From NCBI GenBank assembly GCA_963814275.1, contig CAWFCE010000002.1, positions 554,537 through 618,536 of the forward strand: DNA of 64,000 nucleotides. Direction: 5' to 3'. The notes beneath the pieces are model-generated. The model was not told where the DNA came from. It did not search any database and saw only the letters and a program-made list of their open reading frames with translations. Position 1 is the first letter of the stretch. Each line of letters starts with the position of its first letter. This DNA comes from Candidatus Parcubacteria bacterium (GTDB taxonomy: Bacteria > Patescibacteriota > Patescibacteriia > Patescibacteriales > UBA12075). Of this stretch, positions 10,370 through 17,603 are shown piece after piece. The translations under genes and the position numbers were made by a program.

Positions 10370-11233
10370 TTATTCGCAGCTATTGCTTTTACAGCTTTTT
10401 GAACAGCATTTGAAATATTCACCTGGAGTGCATGTTTTGCCCTTGGTAAAACAGGCGACGCATAGGGGTTGGGGCAGGCCGCCATTGCACCAGCCGGTAT
10501 TATCGAGGCAAGGCATACCAAAGGGCGCGCCCACGCATTCCTGGACGTTTACCGAAGCTTGAGAAGCGCAGGCATATTCCGTATTACCGTTACTACTCTT
10601 TACGCTGCGGCAATATTTATCTTTACTGCATTTCGCTACGTTGTTCGGGCAGGAATAAATCAAGGTTCCTTCGGAATTTTCATTAACGTCAAAATTTACC
10701 GGGCCCATTTGGGGGTCGCAACAGGTAAAATCGTGTTGGCCCGGATCGGTAATTTCAAGCGTTTTAAGTTCAATCAGTTGGGGATTGACTATATAGAGGA
10801 GAGAATAGGACGAAAGGGCCAGGATCAGGCCGGTAACGGCGCCGAAGATCCATTGTTTCGCATTGTCGACCCGGCCGGTGTTGCCGGCGGCGGTCGCCCA
10901 GAGCAAACCGCCGAACATCAGGATCAGGGTGGACAGTATACCGACCGTACCAATGGCAAAAGTGTATACCGCGCTAATATATTCCCCCATGGTTTTGGGC
11001 GTGATCGACAGTTTCCAGTCATTGGGTTCCATCGATAAGCTGTGCTGGAAGGTGGCTGAGCCGGGGATGCTTATCTGGGGGTTGAACTTAATGCCGGATT
11101 CGGATTTAAAACCGGAATCAATATTGTCTTCTGCTTTGGTTACGGCTGGGCACAGTAAAAAGATGCCGGCAGATAACAGACAGAACGTCGAGATCAAGCC
11201 GATTCGTAAATAGGGGATGCGCAATTGGCTCAT
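10370..11233 (-). CDS. Secreted T4SS-pilin-like N-module fused to a Cys-rich tail ending in a 10-Cys knot-like segment
   Basis: 287 aa with IKFNPQISIP, GTVGILSTLILMFGGLLWATAAGN and YIVNPQL. The last 55 aa contain 10 Cys (CVGAPFGMPC...CCSKSCKSNSCE). The start lies 9 nt after the porA stop. Confidence 0.85.
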   Translation of the reverse strand: MSQLRIPYLRIGLISTFCLLSAGIFLLCPAVTKAEDNIDSGFKSESGIKFNPQISIPGSATFQHSLSMEPNDWKLSITPKTMGEYISAVYTFAIGTVGILSTLILMFGGLLWATAAGNTGRVDNAKQWIFGAVTGLILALSSYSLLYIVNPQLIELKTLEITDPGQHDFTCCDPQMGPVNFDVNENSEGTLIYSCPNNVAKCSKDKYCRSVKSSNGNTEYACASQASVNVQECVGAPFGMPCLDNTGWCNGGLPQPLCVACFTKGKTCTPGEYFKCCSKSCKSNSCE

Positions 11234-11242
11234 ATTGATAGT

Positions 11243-12424
11243 TTATCCGATAAATTCCGTTTCGTTCTTTGCTTTATCGGTATGTTTAACGATTTTTTTG
11301 ATCATTTCTTTGGTGATATCGCGTCCGCCCAAACCGACGATAAAGCCCCGGATTTTGGTCTTAATCCTGTTTTTGGCGGCCGCTTTGACATCCAGAGCAA
11401 GGGGGCCGTCGGTCGCGCCCAAGGAAATGGCCTTTTCCAGCACCGCCGCCTGTTTGGCGCCAATAAGGATTTTTATTATCTCCTCCGCCGGAAATGGCCG
11501 ATAGCATTTGATCTTGAGGACACCGACCGAACCGGTCAATTTGCCCCGGTTGATCTCATCGACCGCGTCTTTGATAGTGCCGACAAGCGAACCCATGGCG
11601 ATCAGTACCGTTTTCGGATGGGCCGGCCCGTAGTATTCGATCAGTCCGTTATTTACGGTTGCTTGCTTTTCGGTTTTTTTGACCGCATTCGGCATATCAT
11701 CCCGAAGCTGTTCATAAGCCTCGAAGATCATGTTGGCCGCCTTATTCATATCATTGTGCAATTCCTGGCGTATTTCCATATAGTACGCGGGCGGCGCAAA
11801 GGCGCCGAAAGTTACCGGGTTGGCCGGGTCCAGAAATTCTCCTTTGGCCGGCTTGTAAGTAGGCAGGAAACGTTTGACCTCGGCGGCTGACGGCACATAT
11901 ACGTCTTCGTAGGTATGGGTCAGGACGAAACCGTCGATACAGACCATAGCCGGCAATTTCGACCGTTCCGCGACCAGGTAGGCGAGTAGATGCTGCTCGA
12001 CGGCTTCCTGGTGGTTCTCGGCATATAGCTGGATCCAGCCGGCGTCGCGGACAGTCATCGTATCCTGATGGTCGTTCCAGATAGTGATCGGGGCGGAGAT
12101 GCCGCGGTTGGCTACCGTCATTACTACCGGCAGGCGCATGCCGGCGATATTGAATATGACTTCCGTCATCAGAAGCAGGCCCTGGGAGCTGGTGGCGGTA
12201 TAGGTACGGACGCCGGCGGCGCTGGCGCCGGCCACGATCGAGGCGGCGGCAAATTCACTTTCCGCCCGAACATATTCGTAGTTAGCCGCACCGTCAGCCT
12301 TGAGCTTAGCCAGATCCTCGACGATATGGGTTTGCGGTGTGATCGGATAAGCCGAGACGACTTGTGGTTTGATATTATTGATCAATTGCGCGATGGCCTG
12401 CGATCCTTCTAATATTTGTCGCAT
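11243..12424 (-). CDS. porA: Pyruvate/2-oxoacid:ferredoxin oxidoreductase alpha subunit
   Basis: 393 aa. The N-terminus MRQILEGSQAIAQ...VVSAYPITPQTHIVE is typical of PorA. Follows porD. Confidence 0.93.
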   Translation of the reverse strand: MRQILEGSQAIAQLINNIKPQVVSAYPITPQTHIVEDLAKLKADGAANYEYVRAESEFAAASIVAGASAAGVRTYTATSSQGLLLMTEVIFNIAGMRLPVVMTVANRGISAPITIWNDHQDTMTVRDAGWIQLYAENHQEAVEQHLLAYLVAERSKLPAMVCIDGFVLTHTYEDVYVPSAAEVKRFLPTYKPAKGEFLDPANPVTFGAFAPPAYYMEIRQELHNDMNKAANMIFEAYEQLRDDMPNAVKKTEKQATVNNGLIEYYGPAHPKTVLIAMGSLVGTIKDAVDEINRGKLTGSVGVLKIKCYRPFPAEEIIKILIGAKQAAVLEKAISLGATDGPLALDVKAAAKNRIKTKIRGFIVGLGGRDITKEMIKKIVKHTDKAKNETEFIG

Positions 12425-12503
12425 ATATTCTTATTGGCCTTATCAGTCATTGCCACCGGATATCCGGTTTGGCAGGAGTGAATAAGGGCGGTTATTTATT
12501 AGA

Positions 12504-12800
12504 TTATTTGGCTTCAAGCTCCATTTTGATGCACTTGACCGGGCACTCGGTGGCGCACAGTCCGCACCCCTTGCAATAGTCATAATCGGTTTGCGGCCGC
12601 GGTTTGCCGTCCCGGTCGATCATTCGGATGGCAGATTCCGGGCAGATTTTGGCGCAGGTGCCGCAACCGATGCATTTGTCCAGATCGGTCCGCGGGATAA
12701 ATGTCCGCCAGCCGCCGGTTTTGTTATTGATCGTTGATCCTGGTTGTACGGTAAGTTCCATATATGATTGATTGAATGGAACAGAACAAGTTTTTGGCAC
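12504..12800 (-). CDS. porD: Pyruvate:ferredoxin oxidoreductase delta subunit (2x[4Fe-4S] ferredoxin)
   Basis: 98 aa with two CxxCxxCxxxCP clusters (CIGCGTCAKICP, CKGCGLCATECP). Lies between porG and porA. Confidence 0.92.
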   Translation of the reverse strand: MPKTCSVPFNQSYMELTVQPGSTINNKTGGWRTFIPRTDLDKCIGCGTCAKICPESAIRMIDRDGKPRPQTDYDYCKGCGLCATECPVKCIKMELEAK

Positions 12801-12847
12801 TTTGCAAAAGAGGCTGTATCTGCTCCATTGTGCTTATTTAATTTATA

Positions 12848-13384
12848 TTATAGGCCTTGGTAACGGCATTGATGTTCTTGGTAACCAGGTCCTTGTTTTT
12901 GCCGGCGAATTTTTGTTCGATCGCCTTTTTCAGGGAACTCAGGGTTACCAAGTCCGGTCGCCTTGGCAAAGGCGCCGAGGATCACGGTATTTACGATATT
13001 CCTGCCGATTTCCTCAAGGGCGATCTTGGTCGCATCGATAACGAAGAGATTTTCCTTGGGCACGGACAAGCCGATTTCCGCTTTTGTCTTGCTCGAATTC
13101 ACGATTACGAGCGTATTCGGTTTGGCGCCGTGAATCACGTCTACGGTGCCGATGAGCGAGGAATCCTGGATAATGAGCACATCCGGCTCATAAACGTGTT
13201 CCCGCGTACGGATCGGTTTTTCGTCGATGCGGGCAAAAGCCTCGATCGGAGCGCCGGTCCTCTCGACACCGAACGAAGGAAAAGCCTGGGCAAAACGGCC
13301 GTCATTAAAGGCGGCGATGGCAGTCAGTTCGGCTGCGGTAACGACGCCCTGTCCTCCCCGGCCATGAAAACGAAGTTGATGCAT
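12848..13384 (-). CDS. porG: Pyruvate:ferredoxin oxidoreductase gamma subunit, with an apparent 1-nt frameshift near 12950 (alternative-frame stop at 12838)
   Basis: 178-aa ORF starting MHQLRFHGRGGQGVVTAAE... (PorG-like). Its last ~34 aa look like junk. The neighbouring frame reads DLVTLSSLKKAIEQKFAGKNKDLVTKNINAVTKAYNIN* and ends at 12838-12840. Confidence 0.85.
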   Translation of the reverse strand: MHQLRFHGRGGQGVVTAAELTAIAAFNDGRFAQAFPSFGVERTGAPIEAFARIDEKPIRTREHVYEPDVLIIQDSSLIGTVDVIHGAKPNTLVIVNSSKTKAEIGLSVPKENLFVIDATKIALEEIGRNIVNTVILGAFAKATGLGNPEFPEKGDRTKIRRQKQGPGYQEHQCRYQGL

Positions 13385-13395
13385 AGAATGTTTAT

Positions 13396-13423
13396 AATTA
13401 GTAATTTGTAATTAGTAATTTGT
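13396..13423. repeat. Heptamer-periodic tract
   Basis: AATTAGT AATTTGT AATTAGT AATTTGT, 12 nt upstream of the porG start codon (minus strand). Followed by hairpin AGCGCGA-GGAATGG-TCGCGCT at 13425-13445. Confidence 0.8.
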
Positions 13424-13475
13424 AAGCGCGAGGAATGGTCGCGCTTTTATTTGCTGGATTGTAGGATATTGGTCG

Positions 13476-14168
13476 CTACCGGGGGGAGGATTGCAGCATT
13501 TCATCGATTATGTTCAGGAAGTAAGTACGCGGAACATCACCGCTCAGGCGACGGCCGTTAATGAACCAGGTTGGGGTTCCGGTGATTCCCAGCGCCTCGG
13601 CATCGGCGGCATCGGCGCTGATAAGGGGCAGGTAGGTTTGCGCGTCAAGGCAATCGATCAGTTCATTACGATCGACGCCGATCCGTTCGGCCAAAGCGAC
13701 AATATCTTCGCGGCTGGTAATTCCCTGGTAGAGGTAAAGGGCATCATGCATTTCCCAGAATTTGCCCTGCGCGCCGGCGCAATGGGCGGCCAGCGCCAAA
13801 TCGACCGAGTTTTCGGTAATCACCGGATAATTGCGGAATATAATTTTGACCCGGTCGCTGTATTTGGTCCCGATTTCCCGGATCGTAGAAAATGTCCGCG
13901 CGCAGATCGGGCAGCCGAAATCGGCGAATTCCACGATCGTAATTAGGGGGTCGCTCGGTCCGGTTGAAAAGTTTTGCCCCGAACCGAGTATCCTCGGATC
14001 GATTGCCACTGTAGTTTCGACTTTCGTTTGCGAAGAGCCAATTGTCGAGCGTAAATATGAAACCGTATAAACCGCTATTATTATCCCCAAAATCAATAGG
14101 ACAAATAATATCAGGCCGATAATTTTTACCCACCAGCGGCTAAGGAATGGCTTCGGTTGGTTCTCCAT
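13476..14168 (-). CDS. Membrane-anchored DsbA-like thiol:disulfide oxidoreductase (thioredoxin fold)
   Basis: 230 aa with an N-terminal TM helix and the active-site motif FADFGCPICA (CxxC). Also has the DsbA-family-like sequence GTPTWFINGRR. Confidence 0.85.
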   Translation of the reverse strand: MENQPKPFLSRWWVKIIGLILFVLLILGIIIAVYTVSYLRSTIGSSQTKVETTVAIDPRILGSGQNFSTGPSDPLITIVEFADFGCPICARTFSTIREIGTKYSDRVKIIFRNYPVITENSVDLALAAHCAGAQGKFWEMHDALYLYQGITSREDIVALAERIGVDRNELIDCLDAQTYLPLISADAADAEALGITGTPTWFINGRRLSGDVPRTYFLNIIDEMLQSSPR

Positions 14169-14243
14169 TGAGTAAATTGCTAAATCTAGCTATAATGAAA
14201 TAAAGCGCACCAGCGTGCCGTGAATATATTATAACATTTTTAT

Positions 14244-14387
14244 ATGAATAAACCAAACTTGGACGCCATTGAGGAACAGACCAGGAAGAAGGCGGCTAAA
14301 CGGACAGCGAAGAAGAAAGTAAAAATGAAAGTCAGCGGCGGGGGAGTCAAAAAATTGCAGCAGTTGATTAAAGAAAAATCCAAGTAA
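14244..14387 (+). CDS. Possible small basic protein (47 aa), unsupported by homology
   Basis: ATG at 14244 and TAA at 14385-14387; translation MNKPNLDAIEEQTRKKAAKRTAKKKVKMKVSGGGVKKLQQLIKEKSK. No obvious Shine-Dalgarno; below the ORF-track size cutoff. Confidence 0.25.
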   Translation: MNKPNLDAIEEQTRKKAAKRTAKKKVKMKVSGGGVKKLQQLIKEKSK

Positions 14388-14580
14388 TAACCATGGATAT
14401 GCCAAGTTAATGAATTATATAGTTTAACTCAAAATACAAAAAGATTTATTTTTACTTCCTTTTACGCCAAAGAATTAGCAGATTTCTACACTTAATATAA
14501 TTCAATGCTAATAATATAGTAAGGATATTGATGGTTGGCAGTCAGTTGCCGGTCCATATAATGAGTATAATTAATTTTTT

Positions 14581-14615
14581 ATTTTGATTTTTGATTTTAG
14601 CATTTTGATTTTATC
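14581..14615. repeat. Heptamer-periodic tract
   Basis: ATTTTGA TTTTTGA TTTTAGC ATTTTGA TTTTATC, 39 nt upstream of the 14654 start. Confidence 0.75.
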
Positions 14616-14653
14616 CCCTTAATATTAAATTTGTTATTAAAATAATTATTTTT

Positions 14654-16366
14654 ATGAAAAAAAAGCTTGCTATCATAATTTTTGTGACAATATTCATTTT
14701 GACCGGCAATATTGCCTTGGCTGAGGAAAAAATTGATGACTTCAGCAGCACTATCGAAATCAAGGAGGACGGCATGATGTTGGTAACGGAAAATATCCTA
14801 TATGATTTTGGCGATGCCGAGCGTCACGGCATTTACCGTGATATTCCCTACAAATATCAGGCGCGAGGCGGGTCGTTTCGTTTGCGGATCGGAGACATCG
14901 CGGTAACCGATGCTGCCGGTGAATCGTATCGCTTCGAAACCGGCACGGAAGGGGATAATTTCCGCATCAAGATCGGCGATCCCGATGCTTATGTCAGCGG
15001 AAAAAAAGAATATATAATTTCTTATACGGTCGGACGGGCGATCAATTTTTTCGATACTCAAGACGAATTATACTGGAACACCGCCGGCAACGAATGGACG
15101 GTGCCGATCGAGCAGGTCAAAACAACCGTGATATTGCCGGTTATTTTGCCGGAAAAGGATGTCAAAGCCGCTTGTTATGCCGGGCCATACGGCAGTTCGG
15201 ACCAATGTATTTCCACCCGTTATGAATACAGCGGACGGGACGTGAAGTCGATCGTTTTTACCGACGATTTTCAGGCGCCGGGAGAGGGCCTAAGCATCGT
15301 TGTCGGTATGCCCAAAGGGACAGTCAAAAAGCCGAGTATACTAGAAAATGCGAAAGAATTCGCCAAGGATAATTTTATCGTCTTATTGCCGGCGGCGATA
15401 TTTTTGCTGATGTATTACTTGTGGCGCAAAAAGGGCAAAGACCCCAAAGGCAGGGGCGTGGTAGTCGCCCAATATGATGCCCCCCAGGGGCTTAGCCCGG
15501 CGGAAGTGGGAACGATAATCGACGAGCATGTCGACCGCCGCGATATATCCGCCGAGATAATCTGTCTGGCGGTTAACGGTTATCTCAAGATCAGGCGGAT
15601 CGAAGGCAAGGGTATTTTCAATACCGCTGATTATGAACTTACAAAATTGAAAGATGCGGACGAAAAACTATTGCCCCACCAGCTGAAATTATTTAATGCG
15701 ATTTTCGATAAGGACGGCGCAACAAAGCTCTCAGACCTGAAAGATAAATTCTATAAAGACTGGGAGGAAGTACAAAAAGGAATATATGCCCGGATGGAAA
15801 AAATCGGCATGTTCAAGAAAAACCCCAATCGCGTACGGGTTTTTTATATGATCAGCGGGATAATGCTTTTGGTGCTTAGTTTCTGGTTCGGTCCGTTATT
15901 CGGTCCGGTAGGAATCGTCAGCATAGTGGTTTCGGCCGCCATTATCGTGGTTTTTTCCCGTTTTATGCCGGTGCGGACGAAAGCGGGGGCGATTATTCGC
16001 GAGGAGATCCTGGGTTTGAAGGACTATCTGGGCGTAGCTGAGGCCGACCGGCTGAAATTCCATAACGCGCCGGAAAAGAACCCGGAACATTTCGAACGTT
16101 TGCTTCCCTATGCCATGGCTCTCCGGGTTGAGGAGGAATGGGCCAAACAGTTCGAGGATATTTACCGCAAAAATCCGTCTTGGTACGAGGATTCGAGGTC
16201 AACGAATTTTTCCGCCCTGGCGCTTATGGGCAGTTTAAATAATTTCAGTACCAAGGCAAGTAATACCATGACATCCCACCCAAGCTCCGCCGCTTCGGGT
16301 GGAAGCGGATTTTCCGGAGGATTTTCCGGCGGCGGTTTCGGCGGCGGCGGCGGGGGAAGCTGGTAG
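14654..16366 (+). CDS. DUF2207-like membrane protein with Gly-rich C-terminus
   Basis: 570 aa with a signal peptide. IDDFSSTIEIKEDGMMLVTENILYDF...HGIYRDIP matches the DUF2207 N-domain pattern. Has internal TM helices and a GGSGFSGGFSGGGFGGGGGGSW tail. Confidence 0.85.
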   Translation: MKKKLAIIIFVTIFILTGNIALAEEKIDDFSSTIEIKEDGMMLVTENILYDFGDAERHGIYRDIPYKYQARGGSFRLRIGDIAVTDAAGESYRFETGTEGDNFRIKIGDPDAYVSGKKEYIISYTVGRAINFFDTQDELYWNTAGNEWTVPIEQVKTTVILPVILPEKDVKAACYAGPYGSSDQCISTRYEYSGRDVKSIVFTDDFQAPGEGLSIVVGMPKGTVKKPSILENAKEFAKDNFIVLLPAAIFLLMYYLWRKKGKDPKGRGVVVAQYDAPQGLSPAEVGTIIDEHVDRRDISAEIICLAVNGYLKIRRIEGKGIFNTADYELTKLKDADEKLLPHQLKLFNAIFDKDGATKLSDLKDKFYKDWEEVQKGIYARMEKIGMFKKNPNRVRVFYMISGIMLLVLSFWFGPLFGPVGIVSIVVSAAIIVVFSRFMPVRTKAGAIIREEILGLKDYLGVAEADRLKFHNAPEKNPEHFERLLPYAMALRVEEEWAKQFEDIYRKNPSWYEDSRSTNFSALALMGSLNNFSTKASNTMTSHPSSAASGGSGFSGGFSGGGFGGGGGGSW

Positions 16367-16394
16367 GGCGAATGGCGAATGGCGAATGGCGAAT
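16367..16394. repeat. (GGCGAAT)x4 heptanucleotide microsatellite
   Basis: Four perfect GGCGAAT units starting 1 nt after the DUF2207 stop codon. The same unit recurs inside recG at 49177-49190. Confidence 0.9.
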
Positions 16395-16407
16395 TTCGAA
16401 TAAGTTC

Positions 16408-16572
16408 TCCACTCAGTTTCAGCCGAAGGTTCGCCAGGCTTCCACTCAGTTTCAGCCGAAGGTTCGCCAGGCTTCCACTTGGCTTCAGCCGAAGGTTCGC
16501 CAGGCTTCCACTTGGCTTCAGCCGAAGGTTCGCCAGGCTTCCACTTGGCTTCAGCCGAAGGTTCGCCAGGCT
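16408..16572. repeat. 33-bp x 5 direct tandem repeat (no spacers)
   Basis: Unit TCCACTYRGYTTCAGCCGAAGGTTCGCCAGGCT. Units 1-2 carry CTCAGT and units 3-5 carry CTTGGC. The array ends in hairpin CCAGGCT-TT-AGCCTGG (16564-16579). It is open in several frames only because the unit lacks stops. Confidence 0.9.
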
Positions 16573-16621
16573 TTAGCCTGGTACATTTCGACGCCGATAA
16601 ATCGGCGAAAACCATATAAAT

Positions 16622-17374
16622 ATGACCATACTCTCCTGGAATGTTAATGGCGTTCGCGCCATGATCAAAAAAGGCTTTCTGGATTTTCTAAAGAATGAAA
16701 AACCGGATATATTATGTTTGCAGGAAACCAAGATCGACCAGGAAGCGATACACAAAGAAGCTTTTGATTTCCCCGGCTACCGTGAATATTGGAATCCGGC
16801 GGAGCGCAAGGGTTACAGCGGTACCGCCACCTTAGCCAGGGACGGCATAGACATTTCGGTCTTGCCGCGTTACGCCTGGGACGATGAAGGACGGGCACAG
16901 ATAATCGACGCGGGAAAATATTATCTGGCCAACATCTATTTTCCCAACGCCAACCACGAATTATCCCGGTTGGACTTCAAAATCGGTTTTAACGATCGGC
17001 TTTTGTCCGAATTGAAGAAGCTGGAACGCCAGAAACCGCTGCTGGTGGTTGGCGATTACAATGTCGCCCACGAAGAGATCGATCTGGCCCGGCCGAAGGA
17101 GAATGTCGGTAATCCGGGCTTTACTGCCGAAGAGCGGAACTGGATGACGAAGTTCATCAATGCCGGTTTCGTGGACACTTTCCGCCGCCTGTATCCGGAC
17201 AAAGTCCAATATAGCTGGTGGAGCTATCGGATGAATGCCCGGGCCAAGAATGTCGGCTGGCGGATCGATTATTTGTGCGTGTCGAATAGACTGATGGCCA
17301 AGGTAAAAAATTCTTTTATCCTGGACAATGTTTACGGCTCTGACCACGCCCCGGTCGGCGTTATAATCAAGTAA
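16622..17374 (+). CDS. xth: Exodeoxyribonuclease III (AP endonuclease)
   Basis: 250 aa. ILSWNVNGVRA, LCLQETK, GDYNVAH and SDHAP are motifs of the ExoIII/EEP family. Confidence 0.93.
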   Translation: MTILSWNVNGVRAMIKKGFLDFLKNEKPDILCLQETKIDQEAIHKEAFDFPGYREYWNPAERKGYSGTATLARDGIDISVLPRYAWDDEGRAQIIDAGKYYLANIYFPNANHELSRLDFKIGFNDRLLSELKKLERQKPLLVVGDYNVAHEEIDLARPKENVGNPGFTAEERNWMTKFINAGFVDTFRRLYPDKVQYSWWSYRMNARAKNVGWRIDYLCVSNRLMAKVKNSFILDNVYGSDHAPVGVIIK

Positions 17375-17403
17375 TTGCCGGGGGAAAAATAAATTGCTAT
17401 AAT
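17375..17403 (+). promoter_or_regulatory. Candidate sigma70-type promoter
   Basis: TTGCCG - 17 nt - TATAAT, immediately after the xth stop. Confidence 0.35.
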
Positions 17404-17520
17404 ATGTGCATGGAACAGAATGCAGCGAAAATATATCTGCTTATTTCCGGCAGCGGCTCATCAGCTGGCCCCCTGGGTTCAGCGTCTTGTCTTATGTAGT
17501 AAAAGCCTAACATAGACCGA

Positions 17521-17555
17521 GCTGGCCCCAGGCAATGGGGCCAGTTTTATTTTTC
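17521..17555 (+). terminator. Rho-independent terminator
   Basis: Stem CTGGCCCC / GGGGCCAG with loop AGGCAAT, followed by TTTTATTTTT. Confidence 0.7.
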
Positions 17556-17603
17556 TGCAGAATTCGAAGGAGAAAAGCCTGTTTAATTCATAATTAATTT
17601 ACA

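Noticed and set aside
16408-16572. Possible CRISPR array (regular 33-bp repeats).
   Set aside because: The units are directly abutting with no unique spacers, and no cas genes occur in the window. The same reasoning excludes the 402-bp repeat at 50506-51380.
16235-16647. Three overlapping ORFs (16235-16615 minus, 16372-16647 plus, 16379-16576 plus) encoding repetitive peptides such as KPGEPSAEAKW.
   Set aside because: They exist only because the 33-bp tandem unit and the GGCGAAT microsatellite lack stop codons in several frames. They overlap each other and the 3' end of the DUF2207 gene, and they have no start context. I treat them as a DNA repeat rather than genes.
17404-17499. Calling the 29-31 codon ORF (MCMEQNAAKIYLLISGSGSSAGPLGSASCLM) a gene.
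   Set aside because: It is too short, with no ribosome-binding site and no recognisable family. I report it only as part of the promoter/terminator-bounded unit.
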